From Octopus sinensis (Eukaryota): a stretch of 64,000 nucleotides of DNA. The stretch lies in the NCBI RefSeq assembly GCF_006345805.1, contig NC_043004.1, positions 6,634,001-6,698,000 on the forward strand, given 5' to 3'. The notes beneath the pieces are model-generated. The model was not told the DNA's origin, did not search any database, and saw nothing but the letters and a program-made list of their open reading frames with translations. Below, in pieces: positions 50,941-62,727 of the stretch (its first letter is position 1; each line of letters starts with the position of its first letter). The position numbers and the translations under genes were made by a program.

Positions 50941-52304
50941 ATTTCTTTGTTTGGATTAGTTGAACTAAGCAGTAAACAGTCAAAGACAGAACGATCTGAA
51001 AGAGGAATTGGGTAAACATGCAAATGGTAGTTAAAATAATATCAGCACCAAAGGTTTTAAGCAGATCTGGTTGCCTATGTTACTAAGAACAACAAAACAC
51101 TTTAAGAAAACTGTATCTGAGAGGGAAAATTAACTGTGATGTAAATTTATATCTTATCATGAACATTGTATGGCAATTATATGTAAGATGTTATTCATGC
51201 TTTATTTTATTCTACGTATTTTGAATAGTCTGGTGTGCTTGAGATATCTCTCTCTCTATGATAAATTTTAACAAACTGGCATTGTGTAAACGTACAAATT
51301 TGCCTAATCAGTAAGATAAGTCATTTACTTGCACAAAAGAACGTGCTTCTTTGTAAGAGATGCAAGGCATTTATTATGAAGGAAAAGATGCTTTATGAAA
51401 TATATATTTCATAAATATATTTCATTTTATATATTTATGAAATATATAAATATAGGAATGGCATCTGGTTGTAGAAGCCATGCCAAGCTTGGCATGGAGC
51501 TTGATGCAGCTCTATGGTTTGCTGAATCCTGTCAAATATCCAAACCATGCCAGCATGACGAAATGGACATTATATGATAATGACGATGATGATGATGATG
51601 ACAGACAGAATAATTTTAATAATTTTGGAAGGAAGGATTTCAACTGAGAAAAATCTGCACTGTATTAGACAAGCTATTAAGTGTCTTGTTCAGCTCTTTA
51701 TTCAACCAGACTGTGTGTGTGTGTGTGTGTATGTACATACAATGAACTGAATGCGAGTATATTGTTGCATGGTCTTTATTGGTCATTGGAAGTATTGGCA
51801 ATTAAGAAGAAGATATTTAATTGTAGAGGGGCAACAGCACAACTGAAGATACAACAGAAGGAATGAAACCCATCGTTAATATGGAGATGATGAAAGCTTA
51901 TTCCTATCATTCTTTCTTTTTTTTTTTATTGATCTCAGTCACTGGACTGCAGCCATACCGGACTTCAGCCTTCAAAGGTTTCAGTCAATAGTATTGATCT
52001 CAAGTACTTTGTTTGATGCTTATTTTATTGATCTCGTAAGGGGTAAAATGTAATCAATCTTGGCAAGAGTTTAAGACTCTATGTGTTGAGGAAAGGAAAC
52101 AATTGGTTAAATTGGTATCAGTATATACTGCCTGCATTTATAAAACGTGAAGCAATGGAAAGTAAACCAAAGACTAGTAATGTTTGAACTCACACCAGCG
52201 AGGTACAAAATGCTGGATGTTGCAAAACATCTAATTCTTGTTTTCTACAGACTTACTCATCTGAATCACTTTTTTACTTTAATAAATAACAAACTGAAAT
52301 AAAA

Positions 52305-52517
52305 ATTCTTTCTACTATAGGCACAAGGCCTGAAATTTTTGGGGAAGAGGGCAAGTCAATTACATCGACCTCAGTATGTGACTGGTACTTATTTCATCAG
52401 CCTTGAAAGGATGAGAGGCAAAGTCAACTGTGGTGGAGTTTGAACCCAGAAGATAAAGACATGAAATGCCACTAAACATTTTGCCTGGCACACTGATTCT
52501 GCCGACTTGCTACCTTA
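52305..52517 (-). mobile_element. Meta-domain SINE, full length
   Basis: ttctactataggcacaaggcctgaaatttt...gaaaggatgagaggcaaagtcaac...gattctgcc. Confidence 0.82.
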
Positions 52518-52544
52518 TACATTAGTAGTAGTAGTAACAGCAAC

Positions 52545-53462
52545 AGCAGCAGCACTCAGAGAGTGCAAACCTCTGCCGAAGCAACACCAATGTCCTCTTA
52601 ACGATTAGACACAGATGATTTTTAAAATGAGAATATCTGAAATAAACTTGATTGCTCTCACAAACGAGAATACTAAAAATGAACCTGATTGCTCTCAAAA
52701 ATTAAGTAAAAAACCTGAAAAAATAATCCAGAATCCTTGTCTGGTACCTGATCAATCCCAATGGTACTCATGGTGTCACAGGTACTTGATCAATCCCAAT
52801 GGTACTCATTTTCTACAACCACTCAAGGTGGTTGTAGAAAATTTAGTAACAGTAATGAATAGTTTATTTTTAGCTAATACAAGCCAAAGTTAACAAATTC
52901 ACCATTGCAAAATAGTTTCAAAAGTGGAGGTAATGATAAGTTCTACTCAGGAGTTTTTTAATGAAAACCATTTGGTTTTCTCCTCTATTAAATTCCGATA
53001 TGTAAGTATACTGTAAAGTGTTAATATGTATAATATATAATATATATTATAAAAATATGTTAGTGTTATTTAATTTCAGAACAGTTTTACTACTGTTTGT
53101 TTATGTAGTTTGATTTCTTTATCCATCAATTTCTACTAAGATAGGGATGCGAGCAAAATTAATAATAGAGAAATGTAAAACAAAATTTTGGAAACAGCCT
53201 AAAGGGAGATAATTGAGAAAGACTTGAAAGTTAACATAAGATAATAATTATGTTAAGTAAATATAACAAATAATCCAGAATCCTAGTCCAGTACCAGATC
53301 GATCCCAAAATCTAATCAGTTCATGCCAGTCATGAGGCTAAACATCCCTGAAAGTTTCGTCTGAATTCATCCAACAGTTTTTGAGATATCTTCTCCATGG
53401 ACAAACAAACAAACAAACACAACTGGAAACAATACCTCTGCCTTCACTAAGGTGGAGTTAAT
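52545..53462 (+). mobile_element. Helentron-associated (HINE/DINE-1-like) non-autonomous element with internal insertion or duplication
   Basis: Duplicated aataatccagaatcct...gtacc.gatc.atccca (52723 and 53269), (ACAA)n near the 3' end, terminal hairpin ctctgcctt-cact-aaggtggag; 5' acctctgcc echoes the 3' subterminal sequence. Confidence 0.55.
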
Positions 53463-54299
53463 AATAAACTGAATAAAATGAATGACAACTTTCTAAGGAC
53501 ACTAATTAGAGCTCAACTTAGAATGTAGAAGAAAGGAACTAGATATTGAGAATTTAATACTTCACCAGTTGTGTCAATTCACCTACTTAAGAAGAAATAG
53601 AAATAAATATAGGTCAATTTATTTCTCATATTGTCGTTAGAACCATAAAAATGGCATTTCATCAAAGCTCAAACTGTGTAGATTTTATTCTTAGAGAAAC
53701 CATACGAATGTTAAATAAACAAATACTTGATCATATTCCAAGTGAAACAGTTTCTGAAACAAGAAATTAACAGATCAAAAGAACAAAGAACAAGGAAAAA
53801 ATACCTAGAAGCGCTTAAAAATAAAATATCAGCGTCAAAGAGTGCATCCTTCCTTTAAGTCCTATCTAGAGTTCAGTGTAAAAAAAAAAAATTGAATCAC
53901 AAATGAATCATCAGTATTTCAATGTTGATTGGCTTTGTACATGTTCACAATATTGCCTCTCCTTCTTTTGGTAATTTCTCTGTGAGTCATGCCTAACTAT
54001 TTCAACAACATTTTACTGTCTTCCTTAACTGGTTGGTTCTAACACAGCTACCATCAACTACGATTGCAGAACCCGTTTTTATCTTGCATAAATTAGATCA
54101 TCCAATCTTATCTAATTTTTTAGATCTAAATCATTTACATGTCTTTGTCATTTTCCTCTTTCTCTCTCTCTCTCTCTCTCTTCTTCCCTATTCCTGCCCC
54201 AAATAGGCATCATTTGGTGCTCCTTACATGCAACCATTTTTCTCGTCCTTAGATTGTTCGAATTCACTCTATCTTCTGGAGTTTGCAACATGGTATCTT

Positions 54300-54645
54300 T
54301 TATTTTTTACTCGTTTCAGTCATGCTAGGTACCATCTGGAAGGGTTTAGTCAAACAAATTAATCCCAGGATTCCTTGGTAAGTCTGGAACTTATTCTATT
54401 GGTCTTGCTTTCTTAACTGCTAAATTACATGGACATAAATTAAACAGAAGTGGGAGACAAACAGAACAAACACCATGTACAAACAACAAGCTTATTTCAG
54501 TTTCAGTCAACCAAATTCACTCACAAAGCTTTGGCTGGCATGGGATTATAGTTAAGAAAAAAACTAACCCAAGGTGCTGCACATTGAAACTGAACCCAAA
54601 ATCCACATGGTCAGGAAGCAAGCTTTTTAACCACATAGCCATTCC
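54300..54645 (-). mobile_element. CORE-type SINE family A
   Basis: ggaatggctatgtggttaaaaagcttgcttcc...gggttcagtttc...gcaccttggg on the minus strand. Confidence 0.78.
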
Positions 54646-55257
54646 TAATATCATATTTAGCTTCTTCCTCTCTACCCATTGATTTGTGTGCAGCATTTCA
54701 TAACTATTTATTTGAGTTTTTATATTTGTTACTATTAACAAATTAAAATACAGCCCTCTTAATTAATATTCACATACAACATTGAAGGCAGTAAATATAC
54801 TGGACTGAAAACTTTCTCTACGAAATCAAAACAATTCTGTAGCTGTAGAATATACTTCCTTTTTCTCTTTTGTTTGTTTTCATGTATTTCATTTCATCAC
54901 CAAAATGTGAATACAACTCAATGTTGAATCAACAGTTTATATTAAACATTCAAATGAATAGAGGAGGGAGTAGTAGAAAATGTCTCATGAGATCATTTTT
55001 CATTTATTTATTCATTCTGCAAAGGTTAACATTATAATCAACATCAATAGAGAGAGACAGAGAGATGATGTAACGAAGAAATCAAGATTATTACTTCATC
55101 TCAACATGCAGCCGAGCTATTTTTAGCTTCTCTGAGGCCTTAGAGCAGGAGTCAGCCTTAGGTCAGTGTTAGTTTAAAGCTGTACTCATTAATCAAGCAA
55201 GATATTCGTACAGCAGCATCGTAACTCGGCAACATACAGAAACACTACAGAAGTTAC

Positions 55258-55344
55258 CTGGCATTTCACTGAGGCATTACAACAACTCCCTTTGTCGATG
55301 TACAACATCCACAGCCTTTGTACCACTTTGACGAATCGTCGCAT
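55258..55344 (-). CDS. Candidate first coding exon MRRFVKVVQRLWMLYIDKGSCCNASVKCQ (phase-0 donor)
   Basis: 29 codons ending CAG|gtaact; repeat-free, CpG-rich island 55070-55440; TATA box upstream. Confidence 0.4.
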
Positions 55345-55500
55345 CACAAACACACTTGATCATTAGCAGAAAACACAAAAACGCCATGAGTGCTTTTGAA
55401 CAAAAAGAAATGACATCATTGCAATTCTACGACGACTCAATGAATGTGAAGCCAAAGAAAGTGGTTTCAAATATAGTTTGTAGCTGAGGTGGTACTTTGC

Positions 55501-55508
55501 TTTTTATA
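55501..55508 (-). promoter_or_regulatory. TATA box (TATAAAAA) upstream of the 55.3-kb exon candidate
   Basis: Minus strand gcTATAAAAAgc, with Inr-like ctcagc about 22-26 nt downstream. Confidence 0.35.
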
Positions 55509-56246
55509 GCACTAAGATGTCTATTATATATAAAAAACAATGATTTCTTTCCTTGGCAAAAAGATTTGCTTGAAAAAGAATAGGTTATTTAGTTGCAACA
55601 GGAATATATTTTATCACCTGTTTTTAACCCTCACTGCACTGGTTAAATTTTTGCTGGTGATGTAACATGCAAATCAGTTCTTGCAATCTCTTTCTATTAG
55701 CCAATAAAAATAAAATGTGCATTGTGTGTGATATGAAATATGGGGGATTCCAGAAAGCACCTCACTACCAAAAACAAGCTAAGTCAATCCCTATGTCTCA
55801 AGTACACATGACAGAGCTGAGTATATTCAGTTCTTGCACAGTAGGTGTTAAGATAAATATCAAGGAAATTTTTAAACAAAGAATTACAAAGTATCATTTC
55901 TATTCATGTATAAGTAGCACCCCTAATTTAGTGTTAAATCTTAGTAGAAAATTGTTTTCCTTCATTTTAATTTGATCCTTGTATAAGTTGCACCCTAGAT
56001 TTTCAATACAACATCAAGTATAATTAGTGTGACTTATACATGAGCAAATATGATAACTTGCTCCTGGAACTGTATAATGTGTCACTGAATTTAGTTTCTG
56101 TATTGCAAAAATAACAAGTAAAATTTAAAACTTGGATTTGAATTTAAAGAAGGTCCTTAGAGGATAGGATTTGTTTCCACCCACTGATATTTGAAAAGAT
56201 TAGGTACAACTCATCCTCTTAGAAGTCACAAAACAAAAGTGGATTA

Positions 56247-56527
56247 TCTTTTACTTCTTTCAGTTATTGGACTGCAATTATGCTGGGTCATTACTCTGAA
56301 GAATTTAGTAAAAAAAAATTGCCCCTGCCCCCCAGGGGTAGGGAAGACATAAACACAGACACACACACACATATGATGGGTTTCCATCTACCAAATTCAC
56401 TCACAAGGCATTGGTTGGCCCTGTGCTATAGTAAAAGACATTTTTTACTAAGGTGCTATGCAGTGGGACTGAACCTGAAACCACATGGTTGCAAAGCAGA
56501 CATCATAACCACAGAGCCATACCTGCA
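56247..56527 (-). mobile_element. CORE-type SINE family A, internally deleted
   Basis: caggtatggctctgtggtta...ggttcagtcccactgcatagcacctt on the minus strand. Confidence 0.75.
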
Positions 56528-56676
56528 TCTCTTGACCAATTTTTTTTTAAATTTGCAAAAGTAATGATGTTTTTGTCTACACACAAGTTCAGTTTTGAAA
56601 GTAAGGGGCGTTTAATCAATTATACATATATATATATATCTTATATATCTATCTCTGTGTATTACAGATATTTAAG

Positions 56677-56995
56677 TGTGGCCTAGTGGTTGGGTATTTT
56701 GTTCACGACTGTAAGGTCTTGAATTCAATTCTTGGTGGCATGTTGTATCCTTGAGCAAGACACTTTATTTCACATTGCTCCAGTCCACTCAGCTGACAAG
56801 AATGAGTTGTACCTGAATTTCAAAGGGCCAGCCATATCACATTCTGTGTCATCACACTGAATCTCCTAAAGAACGACATAAAGGGTATGCGTGTCTGAGG
56901 AGTGCTCAGCCACTTGCATTTTAATTTCATGAGCAGGCTGTTTCATTTATCGAATCAACCGAAACCCTTGTCATCATAACTGATTCAGTGCCAGC
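56677..56995 (+). mobile_element. tRNA-derived CORE SINE, third tail type
   Basis: gtggcctagtggttggg A box, CORE-like tccttgagcaagacacttt...ttgctccagtccactcagctg; tail shared with 4115-4240. Confidence 0.72.
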
Positions 56996-57719
56996 TATTA
57001 AGGTAATCAGATCCTTGTAGAATCTGAACACAACTACAAAGAAATGCCAAAATAATAAACAGTGAAGTCTTGTACTCTTCTGTTTGCATTAACTCACTAA
57101 CCCCATAATCTATAAAAATAATGAAAGCATTCAACAAAGCATCATTTCTGTGAGCCATACCATCAATACCAAAACAAAGAAATAATTCGAGGCATGAAAT
57201 CGATCTTATATCTTTTAGGAATTTTTTTTTCCGGTTTTCTTAATTTTCTTTTGTTACATTGATCACTCAAAAAAGCACCTTTCAGAATCTCTATGTGTGT
57301 GTGTGTGTGTATGTATGTATGTGTGTATATATGTGTGTGTATGTGTGTGTGTGTGTGTGTGTATGTATATATATATATATATATATAGACATATATATAC
57401 AAACACACACACGTGTATGCATTGTGCGTGTATATACACATACACACACAGGTATTCATACAACAATGAAATGAAAGTACACTGTCAATAATCTTGAAAG
57501 CCTTCGTCACCATTATCTGACTCGCTTCATTAAACAAGTAAAAGAATGATTCACTGTGAAGATTAACAACAAAATAAAGCTTGATTTTCTGATAGAATCT
57601 GCATTTTTTATATTTTGATGCTAATTGTCTTTGTCTCTATCAGATATTGTGAACATGCAAAAACCATTTTGGCCAACAGTAATTGTCTCTCTATAAAAAT
57701 ATCGTTGTTGTTATAGTGT

Positions 57720-58095
57720 GTCTGTGTGGTAAGAAGTTTGCTTCTCAACTGTATGGTTTCAGGTTCAGTGCCACTGTGTGGCACCCTGGGCAAGTGTCTT
57801 CTATTAAAACCCTAGTCTGACTAAAGTTTTGGGAATAGCTTTGGGAGATGGAAACTGAAAAAAGCCTATTGTGTGTGTGTGCATCCTTGTTTTGACATCA
57901 GGTGATTGTTGTAAATGAATTTCATTCATTTCCAATAATCTGTGAAAACATATCAGGCCATGGGAGAAATATTACTGCACTTGAAAACAAGTAAAGCTGG
58001 GCGACAAAAAGGACATCTGGACATAGAAAATCTATCTTAAATTCTGTATGACCCATGTAAGCATGCAAAAGTGGATCCGATGATGATGATGATGA
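57720..58095 (+). mobile_element. CORE-head SINE with RTE-like tail
   Basis: gtgtggtaagaagtttgcttc...ggcaccctgggcaagtgtcttcta...aaaagtggatccgatgatgatg. Confidence 0.8.
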
Positions 58096-58249
58096 CAGTT
58101 TTATAGAAGAGCCTAGATATTTTAATGGGTCTATGAAAAAAATTACATAGAATATAAACAGAAAATGTACAGATGTAAAATCAGTGAGTGATAGCCATGT
58201 GGGAATGAAACTCACGTCTCTTCACTGAGTACTGCATATATTAAAATTG

Positions 58250-58365
58250 CTTTCAAATTTTGGCCAGCAATTTCAGGGAAGTGGGTAAGTTGATTATATT
58301 GACCCCAGTGCTCAACTGGTACTTATTTTATGAACCCCAAAAGGATGAAAGGCAAAGTCAATCCT
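58250..58365 (-). mobile_element. Meta-domain SINE 3' part
   Basis: gaccccagtgctcaactggtacttatttt...aaaggatgaaaggcaaagtcaa. Confidence 0.75.
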
Positions 58366-58628
58366 GCATATTGCCAACAGGTCTCACCTGTTTCTCAGAT
58401 TAATTCTTGCTTCTCTTTATGCTCATAAACTTATAATAAGAACTCACCAAACACAATTTGTAAATATATAAGAGTTATGATGCGAGACAAAAGTGAAGAA
58501 ACGGGAACTAATGATTTTCCTTGAAAACAATTTAGGTGTGTGAGCTAGGGATCTATACTTCCTATTTTTCAATGACTTAGCACACAAACACACACAATGA
58601 AAAAATCCTACTCACCCCACATATTATA

Positions 58629-58984
58629 CAGGGTGGGGCAGAAAAGACAGAGATTTTTGAAATGGCTATTACTCAGCCCTAGTGGGAGGGACATATGTCT
58701 AACACATACCATTCAGTCCATGGTGTCTTAGCATTTTTTTTTCTTTTCAGGTGAAGTCATGGCACTGTGGCTGATAGAGCATCGTGCATTTGCTTATGAC
58801 AGTTGTGAAGAATAACGAGTCTGTCGCAGCAGTTCAGCGTGAGTTTCAGCGCCACTTTAACATACACCAAAATCAGGCTGTTCCTACCTATAACAATCTT
58901 ATGTTGGGTGAATGCACTTCGTACACAAGGTACACTAATGAATATGAATTTTTCAAAATAGTCCATCCTCTCTGCCCCACCCTG
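58629..58984 (+). mobile_element. Internally deleted Tc1/mariner-superfamily element retaining a DUF4817-type HTH N-terminus
   Basis: TA-CAGGGTGGGGCAGA... / ...TCTGCCCCACCCTG-TA TIRs with TA duplication; frameshifted MALWLIEHRAFAYDS/VKNNESVAAVQREFQRHFNI...VPT/TILCWVNALRTQGTLM. Confidence 0.85.
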
Positions 58985-59174
58985 TATAACTGAGTTTGCT
59001 GTTGAGCAATGACATACATTTAAATGATCTCATTCATACAGCAAATCATGACAAATACTTGAAATACACAAATATATAACAGTGACCTGTTATTCAAATG
59101 AAGTTCTAAAAGACCATGTAACAACATGAAATATTAATCAGCCTTATTTCACCACCTATATGAAATATAGGAAA

Positions 59175-59334
59175 GGCTTGGCTGAATGGTTGAGATGCTG
59201 GCTTCTCAACCATGCAGTCTCAGCTCTAGTTTTACAGCACAGCACTTTGGGTAAGTACCATCTACTATAGCCCAAGGCCAACCAAAGCCTTGTGGATTGA
59301 TTTGGTAGAAAGGAACTGAAAGAAATATGTTGTG

Positions 59335-59376
<42 letters not shown>

Positions 59377-59660
59377 TATAAGTATGTATATCTATGTATA
59401 CACACATACAACATATGTATGTGTATACACACATATGTATGTGTGTGTGTGTGTATGTATCATTTATATTACATATGAGTGGGTGTTCATCATCATCATT
59501 TAATATCCGCTTTCCATGCTGGCATGGGTTGGAAGGTTTGACATGGAGCTGGCTAGCAGGGAACAATCCAGGCTCCCACTGTCTGCTGTGGCATGGTTTC
59601 TGCGCCTGGATGCCCTTCCTAACATCAACCGCTTTACAGTGTACTGGTTGCTTTTTACGT
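59175..59660. mobile_element. CORE-SINE head (+; 59175-59325) and RTE-tailed retroposon 3' end (-; 59487-59660)
   Basis: accaaagccttgtggattgatttggtaga; catcatttaatatccgctttccatgctggcatgggttgg...ctggatgcccttcctaac...tttttacgtg. Confidence 0.75.
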
Positions 59661-60504
59661 GTGTGAGTGCGTGTATACCCTATTGTGACATCACAAGATG
59701 GTTGCAAAAGAGCATCATTATCAGACTAGCAAGTTTGTTTCTAATCTTCTGTGAAAAACATAAATCTAACCCATGCAAGCATGAAAAATTAGATGTAAAA
59801 TGATCACACACATACACCTACCCACCCACCCACATTGGACCAGGCGACAAGAACATCCCACAAAAATCAAAACAACAGAACCATGTACATAATAGTGTGA
59901 AATATTACTCAGTTTTATTTCACCACCTACATGAAACATATATATATATATATAGAGAGAGAGCCATCCCATAAAAACATGTCATCAGCTGATTCCTATC
60001 AGTAGATTGTTGTTTTAAACAGCAATATTGGAAAATCAATTTTTTGAAACCTATCACCTACCTCTGCAAACAAACAAACCAGGTGAAATTTACACAAAAT
60101 CTCATACGTCTAATGGAATGACAAGTGAACTTCATTCATATTGCTTAATAGCATATTAAGTGGGAGGAAACGTTGCTGAAGAAAATTACAGCCAATCCTA
60201 TATATTTCTGATTCATTAGCACCATCACTATGGCAATGAGCCAATGATTACACAACAAGTTCTATACTAATTTCTTTAGTGTATTCTTATAGTGCTACAC
60301 TTGTAGTAACTGCTACTAATTTCAGCTGTACTATTACTTCACTACTGTATGCATTTATAATTACATTTTAAACTATATCCGGGATTTCCTAGTATTATTA
60401 TTAGTAATTTTAGCTGTAATAGTGTACTGGCTACATGTTGTTGTTGTTGTTGTAGTAGTAGAGCAAATTTAATAGGTCTCTTACTGACAATACATCTATA
60501 TCTC

Positions 60505-60905
60505 CTATCTTTCACTTGTTTCAGTCATTGGACTGCAACCATTCTGGTGTCTTGAAGTGTTTAGTCCAACAAATCAACCCCAGTAGTAATTTTTAGGTCA
60601 GGTACCTATTTTGCTAAACTGAATGTCATAGGACTTAAACAAGCCAACACTGGTTGGCAGGCGGTAAGGGAGTGAAAGATACACACACACACACACACAT
60701 ATTGTGTGTGTGTGTGTGTATCTATGTGTGTGTATATATATATACACAACAGGTTTCCACACAGTTTCCATCCACCAAATTCACTTACAAAGTCTTCCTG
60801 GGGCGATAGAAGAGACTTTCCCAAGGTGCCATATAGTGGGATTGAACCTGGAACCATGTCATTGGGAAGCAAAGCTTCTTAACCACACAGCCACATCTGC
60901 ACCTA
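60505..60905 (-). mobile_element. CORE-type SINE family A, full length
   Basis: aggtgcagatgtggctgtgtggttaagaagc...ggttcaatcccactatatggcaccttggg on the minus strand. Confidence 0.85.
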
Positions 60906-61896
60906 TTCAGAATAAAAATAAAATAAACAACAGAAACCATTTTTTGTTTCGTCTTTGTCCTCTACAGCAGAACATGTCATCAGACCAAGCAACACAAACA
61001 TATTTATTCTATCCCCACTAGGTTTGTGAAACATTTTGTTTTCTATTTGAGTATCTTAGCCCTTACATGTTCTCTGCTAGACTTTTGCCTCAACACCTGT
61101 TTTTTAAGAATGTTTTCTCTGAGAACAACAGCCTAAGAATAAAAAATTTTTAAAAAAATGTTTCACTTTATTTACTCTAAGAAATGTTTCTCTTCTCTTA
61201 ACCCCTTCTACAACACTTGGAATAAAACGACAAGGTTTTTATTTTCTTTCTTTCTATCTTAGAAGTGATACACATTGTGTAACGTTTTCTCCCCCCCCCC
61301 TCCTCCTCTATAACATGAGGGTTTGTCTATATGGCCAACCTGTATGTGAAGAATTCTATAATGGTGTGGTAAGAGACCTATTTTTTCATTTTTTTTTTCT
61401 TTTCTTTTCTTTTTTTTTTTTTTGCTGTACAGTGAAGACAATTCCACTTTCCTGCCTGCAGACAGCCAAGGTAAAAACAACTCTAAGTACTGTTTAAGGC
61501 TGGTGGTGACTACCCTACTTACCTACTTCTCTCTTTCTTTCTCTTGTCTCTCAGTTAGCCTGCAGAAAACTTGTGGATAACAACTGTGAAAACGGACACT
61601 GAATTTAAGCAGGAGAGTTTCATCATTCAAATAGATATGATGTAACAAACAATATGAGAATAAAAATATCACCCTGCGGCATTAATCATTTTACCCTCGT
61701 CCGTTCAGAGAAAATATCTACACTTCAAACTATACATAATGGAACAGAGTTTTTCTTTAAGAAAGAACAATATAGAAACAGGACTCTCAACTAATTTTTG
61801 ACACTGAAGGCGTTATATATAGACAGAGAGACTAAACAGTTTATGCAAACCAACACAATTTATACAAACTGTCTGTATAGATAAGTGGTCAAACAT

Positions 61897-62727
61897 TGAT
61901 TAGGACTGGTGTGAGAAAAAAATACATTCCTGCCATATGGATGACATGCCACCCGCAGATACTTAATACCTGATTGAAAGTTCACTTCAATTCTGTAATG
62001 GCAGACACTTGGTACATTTTCACTAAAAAAAAATCAGGAAATTCTAAAAAACCTACACACACACCCACACACATGCACACACATGTGCACACACACACAC
62101 ACACAAACACACACACTATAATTATTAGTAGAACAAAGGGATTGAGCAAAGTGAATATTTTATCATTTTTCCTTTGCTTGTTTCAATCATTGGACTGAGG
62201 CTATGCAAGTGCATCACCTTGAGGGATTTAGTCAAACAAATCACCCCCAGGACTTATTTATTAAACCCGCAACTTTTTATACTGGCCTCCTGTTGCCAAA
62301 TCACTAAGTTACAGGGACTGAAACAAACCAACACCAGTTGTCAAGTATTTTATGCATGGGGGATGGGAAACAAACACAAATACACACATATAGGTTTCCA
62401 TACATTTTCTGTCTTTCAGACCCAGTCACATAAGATTGGTCAGTCCGACTATAGTAGAAGACACGAGCTCAAGGTGCTGCGTAGTGTCACTGAACCCAAA
62501 AGTATGCAGTTGTAAAGTGAGCTTCTTAAGCACATAACCCGATATATTTGAAGGTAAACTATTTTCCAGTTTTTGCATTGAGTTTTTTTTGTATTCTGGA
62601 AACAAGATATTCAAAGTATCTGCTATTACAGAATTGAAGCAATCTTTCAATCAGCTATTAAGCATTTGTGGGTGGCATGTTATCCATATGGTGGGAATGT
62701 ATTTTTTTCTCACACCAGTCCTAATCA
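61897..62727. mobile_element. Foldback/MITE-like element with ~120-bp terminal inverted repeats, carrying a CORE-SINE (62170-62540, -)
   Basis: tgattaggactggtgtgagaaaaaaatacattcc...caattctgtaatggcagacact vs agtatctgctattacagaattg...ggaatgtatttttttctcacaccagtcctaatca. Confidence 0.8.

Noticed and set aside
54988-54997. tgagatcatt, matching the 5' end of bantam miRNA (similar short matches: taaggcacg at 21811, tagcaccat at 60217)
   Set aside because: Matches stop after 9-10 nt, the rest of the mature sequence differs, and no matching precursor is evident
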